IMG/VR virus record: IMGVR_UViG_3300033150_002805
Coordinates: 1 to 64,000 of that record
Origin: a virus
Strand: one strand, 5' to 3'
Length of the DNA: 64,000 nucleotides
How positions within the stretch are numbered: the first letter of the stretch is position 1; each line of letters begins with the position of its first letter. A model generated the notes under the pieces. That model was not told the DNA's origin. It was given only the letters and a program-made list of their open reading frames with translations, and did no database searches. The position numbers and the translations under genes were made by a program. Shown here in pieces: positions 46,211-55,047 of the stretch.

Positions 46211-47130
46211 ATGGAACTTATTTGTAAAGTTTGTGGAAAAAAATTTGAAAAAAAAGATATTACACAAAAACTTATAATAAGGAATGTTTTTCCGAGTGGA
46301 AAAAATTGACTACCCCAAAAGGAGATAAATCTCCTTTTTGGAAGGGTGAAATTAAGAAAAGGTGCTTAAATTGTGGAAAAATTTTCCATTCATTTCCTTT
46401 CTTAAAACAGAAGTATTGTTCTCATAAGTGTGCTAATTCAAAAAATAGAATATATCACCTTGATGAGAATTTTTTTCAAGAAATTCGAACTGAAAACCAA
46501 GCTTATTGGCTTGGATTTGTTCTTGCTGATGGTTGTATTGGAGCTAATAAATCTCTAGATATTACTCTTAAGATTCAAGATAGAAACCATCTTGAGAAGT
46601 TTCTTAGAGATATCAAAGCTAAAAATCCATTAAAAGATTCAACAACAAAAACAAAAATCAAAATCTTTTCAGTTAAATTGATTCGGAATTTAAAAAAATT
46701 CAATATGGTTTCTCCCAGACCTAAAAATGTCGGATTACCAAAAATTTCAAAAAAATTATTTCCACATTTAATTAGAGGAATTTTTGATGGTGATGGTTGT
46801 TTAATATTTAATAAGATAAATCGAAAAAATAAAAAATCGGAGTTTTATTATTCTAGTTTTTCTATTTCTAATTCTTCAAGAATTTTATTATCAGATATTC
46901 AAATTATTTTGATGAAAAATTGTCAATTGGAAAGAACTAAACTCATAAAGAGAAGTGGAGGTTATGAATTGATCTATGGTGGAAGATTACAAACTCGAAG
47001 AATAATGTCTTTCCTTTATAGTAATGCTCACATCTATTTGGAAAGGAAATTCAAGATTTTTGAAGATTTAATGAATTATTCACCAAAAATACGAAAAAGA
47101 GACTGGCATGGACGATTTACCAATTCTTAG
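46211..47130 (+). CDS. Free-standing double LAGLIDADG endonuclease with N-terminal Zn motifs (apparent frameshift in A8 at ~46248-46255)
   Basis: YWLGFVLADGCI, LIRGIFDGDGCL, LYS...YLERK; upstream MELICKVCGKKF in the adjacent frame. Confidence 0.8.
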
Positions 47131-48607
47131 GAATGGGAGGCTGTTCCCCACCTCCTGGTAAGAATAACGATTTGCCTCCCGCTCTCACTTCTCTATCCTG
47201 TTTTCCTGAAGTTCCAAATTTTGAAAGACCGATTAGGGCAAGGGCTATACTATCGAAATCATCAGCATGACCCTCAGCACTCTCGATCTTTTGCAAATCA
47301 TCGGTCATAGAACAGATGCTATTAAGCATTTCCTCGTCATCGAATATCTGAATTTGTTTATTCAGAACAGCTTTTTCAAATTCGGTCGCCATTTGGATTC
47401 TCATTTTGGGGGTAAAAATAATGGGAATAAAATGAGTGGTTAACAATCCAGAATCTTGAGCACCCAAAAACTCTCCTCTTGTTGCGTCAAAATAAAGATA
47501 GCTGATCCCGAAATTTTTAATAGCTTCCTTACAATACTCGACTTGGCTAGGGTGAAAAGGATCGAAAGGCTTTGCAGTATAGTAGGGCCAAGATTTCATA
47601 ATTTTGTGGTGAATCATAATCGCTTTCTTATCTTTAATCTCAAACACAACAAAAGAACTGTTGTGTTTTTTTCGGCCGATATCTAATCCCGCAACAACTA
47701 AATTAGGAGTATCTAATCCTTGAGCCAAAGGAATGTTTCTTAGTTGAGGATTTACAACATCCTTTCTTAGTTGTTCTTTTTTGAAAAAGGAATCAGTGGA
47801 ATAATAAGGTTCACATTGGATTTCTGAGGCAAAGGCACGTTCGCCCATGACTTTTACTTTTGCTTTTAATTGTTCTAGGGTGTAAAACTCGGGCCAGGTT
47901 GGGACTTCATTGCCTTGACTATCTTTGGTAATTCCAGGATATTTTCTAAAATGGAATTTCTTTTGTAATTCAGGATCAAAATAAAAATCTGCTCTTGTTA
48001 ATGGACTTCCTACTATATGAATTTCACCTCCTGGCTTTACGGTTTCCAAAATTACACTTCTAAATATCTCACCAATCTTTAAGATGATAGTTGGATGAGT
48101 CTTCGAAGCTGGATCTGAAAGAACATCATCCAACAGAAGAATATCGCTCTTGGCTCCTCTCGTGAACGAAGTGATACCAACAGGCCTTATTCTAGTTATA
48201 TATCTTTTATCCCAGGTATAAGCAGCTATGTTTTCTGCAAGAGGTTTTAGGTTTATGAGTTCTTTGAAGTATGGATTTTTATCTATAAGAGTCTTGACTT
48301 GAGAAATATGCCAGCCTGCAAGAGTTTCGTTATAGGAAAACAGCCTGATATCCAAATCTTCATTAACTCCTCTAAACATAATATTATATAAAATCCAGGA
48401 ATAAAAGGATGATGATTTGAAGTGACTTCTGGCAGCAATCTTCATTGTCCTATCATATTTTTGTAAGTAATTACAACTTTCTTCAATATAGTCACCTCCG
48501 ATGAAATTAGTAAAACTTTTTGAAAATATTTTAGTTGTGAACAAAAAAAACGATTTCGAACAATCGCTTAAAAGCTGAACTTTTTCTTTGAGTTCTTGAT
48601 TACTCAT
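47117..48607 (-). CDS. terL: Terminase large subunit
   Basis: AARSHFKSS Walker A variant, LLLDDV Walker B, VGSP, WPE, F.SEIQCEP, AGLDIG, HADDFDS. Confidence 0.85.
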   Translation of the reverse strand: MSNQELKEKVQLLSDCSKSFFLFTTKIFSKSFTNFIGGDYIEESCNYLQKYDRTMKIAARSHFKSSSFYSWILYNIMFRGVNEDLDIRLFSYNETLAGWHISQVKTLIDKNPYFKELINLKPLAENIAAYTWDKRYITRIRPVGITSFTRGAKSDILLLDDVLSDPASKTHPTIILKIGEIFRSVILETVKPGGEIHIVGSPLTRADFYFDPELQKKFHFRKYPGITKDSQGNEVPTWPEFYTLEQLKAKVKVMGERAFASEIQCEPYYSTDSFFKKEQLRKDVVNPQLRNIPLAQGLDTPNLVVAGLDIGRKKHNSSFVVFEIKDKKAIMIHHKIMKSWPYYTAKPFDPFHPSQVEYCKEAIKNFGISYLYFDATRGEFLGAQDSGLLTTHFIPIIFTPKMRIQMATEFEKAVLNKQIQIFDDEEMLNSICSMTDDLQKIESAEGHADDFDSIALALIGLSKFGTSGKQDREVRAGGKSLFLPGGGEQPPIPKNW

Positions 48608-48623
48608 ATTGAATCCTGGTTTA

Positions 48624-49073
48624 TTATTTCTTCTCTTTGGATATTGCCTTTAATATTTCTCGAATACTGCCACCACTTTCTACTTCAACAGAATACCTTT
48701 CTTGATAAATATTTTTTAACTTATTTAATTCAATCTCATCATTTCTTATTTCAGAATTCAATTCTTTAACATTTCTAATCGATGGTTCTTTCCGTTTATA
48801 TTCTTTTTCCAATAGGTCAGTTAATTTTTTTATCCTTTCCTCGATGGAGAAAATCGCTCCCGATAAAATTATCTTATTGGGAATCTTAAGAAAATTCTTT
48901 TGCACCCATGAGATGGATTTTCGAACCGTAGATATGGAAACATTATATTTCTTCGTAAGTTCCCAGTAAGGAAGCTTTTCGTAAAAATGGCTAACAAAAA
49001 TTTTAATTCTTTTATCCAGAATTTTTTCGTCTTCAAGTGCTGATGGTCTTCCTGGTGAATTGTATTTTTTCAT
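48624..49073 (-). CDS. Probable terminase small subunit
   Basis: GRPS, HTH, helical C-terminus; directly upstream of terL. Confidence 0.55.
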   Translation of the reverse strand: MKKYNSPGRPSALEDEKILDKRIKIFVSHFYEKLPYWELTKKYNVSISTVRKSISWVQKNFLKIPNKIILSGAIFSIEERIKKLTDLLEKEYKRKEPSIRNVKELNSEIRNDEIELNKLKNIYQERYSVEVESGGSIREILKAISKEKK

Positions 49074-49080
49074 ATTTTTA

Positions 49081-49118
49081 GTTTTCCACTTGACAGTCTT
49101 TCTTGAGAATGATAATAT
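49081..49118 (+). promoter_or_regulatory. Sigma70 promoter
   Basis: GTTTTCCAC-TTGACA-N17-TAATAT. Confidence 0.7.
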
Positions 49119-49138
49119 AAGATAAGATTGCCAATATT

Positions 49139-49423
49139 ATGAATAAAGATAATAATGAAATATTCAAAACTTCTAATTTGAATTTAGCGACCTTTTTAGT
49201 TGTTAAAAATTTTAAATTGATTAAAATTTTAAATGGTTCAAAAAGAAAGACTTTTGTTTTCATTGACTCTCCCAAATTACAGAAAATGGTTTGGGTTTTT
49301 AATTTTGGGGAAGATAATGATGATAATCTTATGGTTGACGGAAGAAAAATACTTCAGACTCTAAGAGATATGAAAACAAAACTCTATAGTAGTTTACCAA
49401 AGGAAGAATTAAATGTCAAGTGA
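49139..49423 (+). CDS. DUF5659-like protein
   Basis: FKTSNLNLATFL...KTFVF. Confidence 0.6.
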   Translation: MNKDNNEIFKTSNLNLATFLVVKNFKLIKILNGSKRKTFVFIDSPKLQKMVWVFNFGEDNDDNLMVDGRKILQTLRDMKTKLYSSLPKEELNVK

Positions 49424-49489
49424 ACCCAGGTTCAAATATGATTCAAACTTCTCTTGATATAAAAATCAATTATTTCAATCTATTTTAGA

Positions 49490-50173
49490 ATGAAGATGAA
49501 ATGCAAAAAATGTAGCAAGCCAGCAAAAAGTCGCGGTCTGTGTAGCACTCATTATTATAAACAATATCGTAGAAAATATCGTCAAGAATATCATTATAAA
49601 AATAAAGAAAAAGAGAATACAAGAAGTAGAAAGTATTATAAAAAACATAAAGAAGAAAAGAGAGAATATGATAAAAAATATCGAGAAAAAAATAGAGAAA
49701 AGAGAAGACTATATGCGAAAGAATGGAGAAAAAGAAATAAAGAAAAAGTAAAAAAGATATAAAAAGACATATAGAGAGAAAAATCCCGATCGTTATAGAA
49801 AGTATAAACGAGAATATCAGGAAAAAAGAATGCAAACTAATCCAAAATTTCGTCTAGATAGAAGCATCTCAACTGCTATTTGTCATTCTTTACACGGTAA
49901 AAAAGCGGGAAGAAATGGGAATTTTTGGTTGATTATACATTAGATGCCTTGATGAAACATTTAGAAAACCAATTTGATAAGAATATGAACTGGAATAATT
50001 ATGGATCTTATTGGGAAATTGATCATAAGAAACCAAAGTCTCTTTTCGAATATAATTCTTCAGAAGATTTAGAATTTAGAGAATGTTGGGCTTTGGAAAA
50101 TTTACAACCTTTAGAAAAAATAAAAAATCATAAGAAGAGAAATAAATATGTATCAAAAGAAACCGAAAATTAG
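49490..50173 (+). pseudogene. HNH-type endonuclease with two apparent frameshifts
   Basis: Basic helical N-terminus; middle frame NPKFRLDRSISTAI..GKKAG; C-terminal LMKHLENQF..MNWNNYG..WEIDH..P..CWALENLQPL. Confidence 0.7.
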
Positions 50174-50392
50174 AAGAAAAATGAGAAAACAAGAAATTGA
50201 TACGACGACTAAATTTAAAATAACTAAATTTGAAATAGAACTTGGGTTACCTAATTTAAGAGAAAAAAATCCAAAAGAAATTATGAATGCTCCACTCAAA
50301 TTAAGAAAATTTAGAATAGAATTTGAGGAAAATAATGGAAGAAATTAAATGAATCTGTTCTTAAAAACACAAAAGCTTACAGTAATAATCAA

Positions 50393-50427
50393 AGAAACTC
50401 TCCGACTTTAGTCGTGGAAGTAGCAAC
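50393..50427 (+). mobile_element. Orphan IS200/IS605-type end hairpin
   Basis: AGAAACTCTCCGACTTTAGTCGTGGAAGTAG, with the bulged T typical of these ends. Confidence 0.5.
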
Positions 50428-50435
50428 TAAAAGAA

Positions 50436-50975
50436 ATGAAAAATCTAAGCCTCATACAAAAAAATAAATTGGCTCAAGAGTCAGATAATGAACTCTCAAA
50501 ATGGCGAAGAGTGGGTTCGATTGCATATCTATATCAAGGAAAAATTCTTAAGAAAATAAAAGAAGAAAAACTTTATAAATATTTGGGAGAAAGTCCTGAA
50601 TTTGAAAGTTTTGAGATATATGTGAATTCAAGAGGGCTTGATTTAAGGAAAGCATATTATTTAATTCAAATTTGGACGACTTTCTGTGAGAAATTTAAAT
50701 ATAAACCAGAAGAATTAAGTGATATACATTGGACCTCGCTTAGAACTATACTTCCTTGTGTGAATGAAACTAATATAAAGGAATTAGTTGAAAAAGCACG
50801 AATATTAACAAGAACTCATTTGAATACTGAGATAAAACAATTGAAAGAAGGACTTTCTTCATTGGAAGAACTTGATCAACATAAACACGAATTTGTCCAT
50901 ATTGAATACTGGAGATGTCGAATTTGTGGAGAAAAAAGCATGGTTAAACCAAAAGATGATGAAATGGTAAAATAA
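50436..50975 (+). CDS. Hypothetical protein (G.IL..IKE.KLY...SFE.Y family)
   Basis: ORF track. Confidence 0.6.
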   Translation: MKNLSLIQKNKLAQESDNELSKWRRVGSIAYLYQGKILKKIKEEKLYKYLGESPEFESFEIYVNSRGLDLRKAYYLIQIWTTFCEKFKYKPEELSDIHWTSLRTILPCVNETNIKELVEKARILTRTHLNTEIKQLKEGLSSLEELDQHKHEFVHIEYWRCRICGEKSMVKPKDDEMVK

Positions 50976-51028
50976 TATAAATTGGAAACTTTCTTTATAG
51001 CACTTTAATATAATCTATATTCAATGAC

Positions 51029-51433
51029 ATGCTAACCAAAAAACAAAAAAGCAAATTAGGTAAACAAAGCAAACGAAAAGGATTGGATGCAGAATTGGAA
51101 TCAGTCCGATTCTGGTCAAAAGAATTAGATATTAAAACTTTGAGAAGAACTCCAAAATCAGGGGGTTTTGCACTTGATTGGAAAGGAGATTTATTTGATA
51201 CTGGTAATTCTATTCTCAAAGATTTTATCATTGAACGTAAATATGGAAAACAAGTTCCAAAAAAAATAGAACAATGGATGGAAAAATTAAAGGATGAAGC
51301 CCAAGATAAAATGTATTTTTTAGAAGTATCTCGCCCTTACCAAGAAGTATATATCATATTAAGCAGAAAACAATTTGCAAGATTGCTTTATGAACTTCAA
51401 AATTATAGAAATTTGACAGAGAACAAATTTTAA
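51029..51433 (+). CDS. PD-(D/E)xK Holliday junction resolvase-like nuclease
   Basis: SKRKG..AE, RTPKSG, GDL, IERK. Confidence 0.7.
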   Translation: MLTKKQKSKLGKQSKRKGLDAELESVRFWSKELDIKTLRRTPKSGGFALDWKGDLFDTGNSILKDFIIERKYGKQVPKKIEQWMEKLKDEAQDKMYFLEVSRPYQEVYIILSRKQFARLLYELQNYRNLTENKF

Positions 51434-51440
51434 CATCAAT

Positions 51441-52158
51441 ATGCTTTTTACTTATCTTATTTTTTCTATTATCATTTTCTTTCCCATAATTATTTTACAA
51501 AAAATATTAGGGTTTTCTGTTAATGAATTATTGATTGCTGTTTTTATAACAGGAGTAGCGGTGGTAGTCTCAATTGAACATGGATTAAAAAAATGGCTGA
51601 AAATAATCTTAAGATCCTTCTTTATTAAAAATGATTACTCAAAAAGAAAATCTAAAAAACATGAAAAGGTGCCCAAGATTTAATTTCTGTAATATTCCGA
51701 AATGTCCACTTGATTTTTGGATGTCTAAACGAATAGAATTACCAGAGGATGAAAGATGTATTCTTATTTCTCCAAGAGGAAAACGAGTAAAAGGAAAAAT
51801 AAGAGGAAGTCTTAAAAGGTTAATAGGGAAATATGTTTGGAAACATAATCGGAATAGAAATATACCTCTTCCACCATGCTCATTTAAAATGAACGGGGCA
51901 AAGACCCAAAACTAGGCAAATATGACGTTTCAAAACAAGGTTAAGATATTTAAGAAATTAAGAAATTGTCCAGGAAAACTCCATTCATGGGTGGATAGCA
52001 ATGTAGGTATCATTCGTAAAGAAAATAAAAATATACCAAGTTATCTTTTGAATAATTTTAAACAGAAACAAATAAAAAAACGACCAAAATTAAAATGGTA
52101 TCAAAAATTATTGTTCTTTCTAAAAAACATTATAAATTCATTTAGAAAAAGGTCGTAA
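51441..52158 (+). CDS. Three small hypothetical genes (51441-51683 membrane; 51631-51915 Cys-rich; 51922-52158)
   Basis: ORF track. Confidence 0.5.
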
Positions 52159-52184
52159 TTCAAATAATATAATTAGATAATAAT

Positions 52185-52382
52185 ATGGAAAATAAATTTG
52201 GATATTGTATGAAATGCAAGCAGAAACGCGAAATTAGTAATCCGAAAGAAATCATAATGAAAAATAAAAGGAAAGCAATTCAAGGAACCTGTTTGATTTG
52301 TGGAAGCAAAATCTTTCGTATTTTAGGAAAAAAAGATGAAATTCATCAAGAAGAAACGACTGAAGAAATTTCTAATATTTAA
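52185..52382 (+). CDS. DUF5679-like zinc-ribbon protein
   Basis: YCMKCK..RE...MKN.R.AI.G.C..CG.KIFRI. Confidence 0.75.
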   Translation: MENKFGYCMKCKQKREISNPKEIIMKNKRKAIQGTCLICGSKIFRILGKKDEIHQEETTEEISNI

Positions 52383-52419
52383 GTTTTCCTCTTGACAAGG
52401 TTTCTTGGAATGATAGAAT
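52383..52419 (+). promoter_or_regulatory. Sigma70 promoter
   Basis: GTTTTCCTC-TTGACA-N16-TAGAAT with TG extension. Confidence 0.7.
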
Positions 52420-52446
52420 GAAAGTAGAATTAATTGATTAAAAAAT

Positions 52447-52677
52447 ATGAGTCCTAAAGGAATTTATGATCATGGAGGCCCCAGCGAAAAAATAATAAAA
52501 CAAATCCTTAAACATCGAATTCGAGGGTATAGTTTAAGAACGATTGGAAAAATGTTTCATTATTCAAGGCAACGAATTCATCAAATAATCAAAGAAAACA
52601 AACATGAGCCTAAGTTCAAAAATCTTTATAAGGAGATCGAATTAACCCAATCGTTTCTTCGTAGGAAGATAGAATAA
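52447..52677 (+). CDS. Sigma70 region-4-like HTH protein
   Basis: GYSLRTIGKMFHYSRQRIHQI. Confidence 0.7.
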   Translation: MSPKGIYDHGGPSEKIIKQILKHRIRGYSLRTIGKMFHYSRQRIHQIIKENKHEPKFKNLYKEIELTQSFLRRKIE

Positions 52678-52811
52678 AGAGGAGGAATGCGAGATTGTTA
52701 ATTTCGTAGAAATCCGCTTGAAATATATTAACATTGATATATCAAAAAAGTTGTTTTCTACGACAGTCTGGCTTCCTCCTCTATATTCTCAAAAAAAAGT
52801 CAATCAAAACT

Positions 52812-53081
52812 ATGTATACATCAACTTTTCTCATCGCATTGGTAACGGGTATTACAGAAGTAATAAAACGTGCCTTTAAACTAAATAAAAGATATTTACC
52901 CTTGATTTCCTTGATTTTGGGAATAGGAATTGCATTCTTGGTTCAGAATGGTTTTGATTATACATCAAAAGAAACTATCTTATTCGGAATAATGATAGGA
53001 CTTTCATCATGTGGACTTTTTTCTGGGATTAAATCATTTATTTATGTTGCGGAAAAACTCAGCCAAAAAACTAAAAGATAA
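52812..53081 (+). CDS. Holin
   Basis: LVTGITEVIK..KRYLPLISLILG..G.MIGLSSCGLFSG; three TM segments. Confidence 0.8.
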   Translation: MYTSTFLIALVTGITEVIKRAFKLNKRYLPLISLILGIGIAFLVQNGFDYTSKETILFGIMIGLSSCGLFSGIKSFIYVAEKLSQKTKR

Positions 53082-53565
53082 GATTTTAGTTTTAGTAGTT
53101 TTAATTCTGCTTATCCCAATCCAAATCAGTAATTCTGAAATTTCCAAAATTCCAGAAACTAAGGGATTTATCATTAAAGAAAAAAATAGTTTGATTGCAA
53201 TGACTTCAATGGTTTCTGTTGAAAATCATTCATATAAAACTCTTAATAGTTTTGAACATAAAAAAGCCGTTGAAATTCTTTTAAAAGAGATAATAAAACG
53301 AGAAAGTGGTGGAAATCCTAAGGTGTGTAATTCAAATGGCTGTATTTATGGTCAAGGTCTTACTCAAATTATTCCCAGTAGTGTTGAATTTTGTGAAAAA
53401 GGTTTAAAGAAAGAAATAAATCCGTTCAATTCCGAAGATAATTTACTCTGTGCTCGTTATCTTTTAGAACATGGTGGAATATGGCATTGGGAAAAATATT
53501 CGGGTCCCTATGTTTCTCTCTTAAAAGATTTAAATTTATATGAGGAATTCTACTTACTTAATTAA
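53044..53565 (+). CDS. Lytic transglycosylase (SLT) with N-terminal signal/anchor
   Basis: IIKRESGGNP, GLTQII, NPFNSEDNL..ARYL. Confidence 0.75.
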   Translation: MLRKNSAKKLKDKILVLVVLILLIPIQISNSEISKIPETKGFIIKEKNSLIAMTSMVSVENHSYKTLNSFEHKKAVEILLKEIIKRESGGNPKVCNSNGCIYGQGLTQIIPSSVEFCEKGLKKEINPFNSEDNLLCARYLLEHGGIWHWEKYSGPYVSLLKDLNLYEEFYLLN

Positions 53566-53598
53566 AAAAGGTCGACAAATAAAAATAAAAATAAAAAT

Positions 53599-54144
53599 AT
53601 GAATTACAATCACTTATACTTATCAGCCAAATTCGCTGCTTATCTATTGCATAAAGGAATGCTTGATCCGTTAACTCTCGCTTACCAAGAATTCTTAGAA
53701 CGCCAGAATTTTCCATTTGAATTAAAGGAAAAGCGAATCGCAGTTCAAGCAGTATTTAAAGGACTTTGTGAACTTTACGCTTCTCGTGGTTTTAAAGAAG
53801 AAGATCTAATTTCTAGCAAAGAAATTTTGGAAGAAGCGAAGAAAATTGTGAAAGAAATCTGGAATAATGAACCTCAACTCTGGGAAAAGAAAGAAAAAAC
53901 AGAAAGTTCTCAATTAATTCAGAAAACAATTGAGAGTTTTAAGGAAAAACAAACCAAAACGAAAAAATCATATGTTCTTGATATCAAAGGTCGAGGAAAA
54001 GTGAAGGATTTTCATGCTACTTGTTTTGCTGATTCAAAAGAAGAAGCTTATAAATTGTTAACTGAAAAATTTCCTGCACTTAAGGAACAGAAAAAAGAAA
54101 TAGTAATCAAAACAATCAAAGAAAAAAATGGAGACGGCTTCTAA
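53599..54144 (+). CDS. Hypothetical protein
   Basis: ORF track. Confidence 0.6.
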   Translation: MNYNHLYLSAKFAAYLLHKGMLDPLTLAYQEFLERQNFPFELKEKRIAVQAVFKGLCELYASRGFKEEDLISSKEILEEAKKIVKEIWNNEPQLWEKKEKTESSQLIQKTIESFKEKQTKTKKSYVLDIKGRGKVKDFHATCFADSKEEAYKLLTEKFPALKEQKKEIVIKTIKEKNGDGF

Positions 54145-54601
54145 AAAAATATTAAATAGAGCTGAGGAATCAGGAATGATCACGAAAAAGAATTTCATAA
54201 AATTCAAAGGTACTGGTAAACATATAGTAAAATTCATAAGCGATAAGATAATTCATGGCACTAATTTCAAAACGGGAAAGCCAGAAGATAAAGTCAGTTA
54301 TGTATTTGAAGAAAATGGAAAGGAGAAATTATATGAAACAGCCATCTTTAAACAGGATCCCGAAACTGGTGAAAAGAGTTTAAGTCATTTTATTCAAAGT
54401 ATGGCTGAATTTGAGTATGGAGATTTACTTGAAATGGAATGGAAACCGATTCCTGGCACTCCTCGAGGCTTTATAGATATCAAAAAGGCTGAAACTTCGA
54501 AAAAAACGACAGATGACGAGATTCCAGTTATTGAAGAACCATTGATTGAATTTTCAAAAGAAGAAGATAATGAAATAAAATCCGAGGATATCTTTGAATG
54601 A
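54128..54601 (+). CDS. Possible single-stranded DNA-binding protein
   Basis: Beta-rich core with acidic tail ending SEDIFE. Confidence 0.4.
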   Translation: METASKKILNRAEESGMITKKNFIKFKGTGKHIVKFISDKIIHGTNFKTGKPEDKVSYVFEENGKEKLYETAIFKQDPETGEKSLSHFIQSMAEFEYGDLLEMEWKPIPGTPRGFIDIKKAETSKKTTDDEIPVIEEPLIEFSKEEDNEIKSEDIFE

Positions 54602-54834
54602 CAATAAGCCGCAAACTAGCTCAAAAATTTAATGGGTTTCCACTTTATCGTTTTAAAGTGGAAAGCAGAACCAAAGCAGGAAAATTTTATACCGTTGAAC
54701 TTTATCGAAATGGTAAATTTTTATGTGATTGTCCAGCAAATTGTTTCCAAAAGATAGAATGTTATCATATAAAGAAGGTGAAAAGTCAACTAAATTATGA
54801 TAAGCAAATCAAAATTAAGAAGAATTCAATATGA
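54598..54834 (+). CDS. SWIM zinc-finger protein
   Basis: V.S....Y.V..CDCP......CYHI. Confidence 0.7.
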   Translation: MTISRKLAQKFNGFPLYRFKVESRTKAGKFYTVELYRNGKFLCDCPANCFQKIECYHIKKVKSQLNYDKQIKIKKNSI

Positions 54835-54997
54835 AAAAAGCAAAGAAAGGATAAGACAAGAGTTTGGATTGAAAAATAAAAAAAGTTATGAGGATTACCT
54901 AATCCAAGCAGCAAAGAATGGTAATAAAGAATGTAAAGATTTTTTGGATCTCAATGGTTTTAGAAAAAGAAGATTGAGAAAAAGAACAAGGAAATAG
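54797..54997 (+). CDS. Hypothetical protein
   Basis: ORF track. Confidence 0.5.
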   Translation: MISKSKLRRIQYEKSKERIRQEFGLKNKKSYEDYLIQAAKNGNKECKDFLDLNGFRKRRLRKRTRK

Positions 54998-55047
54998 TTT
55001 TACTACTATTTGATTAAGAGAAACATCAAATTTGGGGGAAAAAAGAT

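Noticed and set aside
45994-46227. 77-aa ORF after the MTase fragment
   Set aside because: No recognisable motif and overlaps divergent promoter-like sequences (minus TTGACA-N16-TAAAAT; plus TTAACA-N17-TATAAT); unsupported
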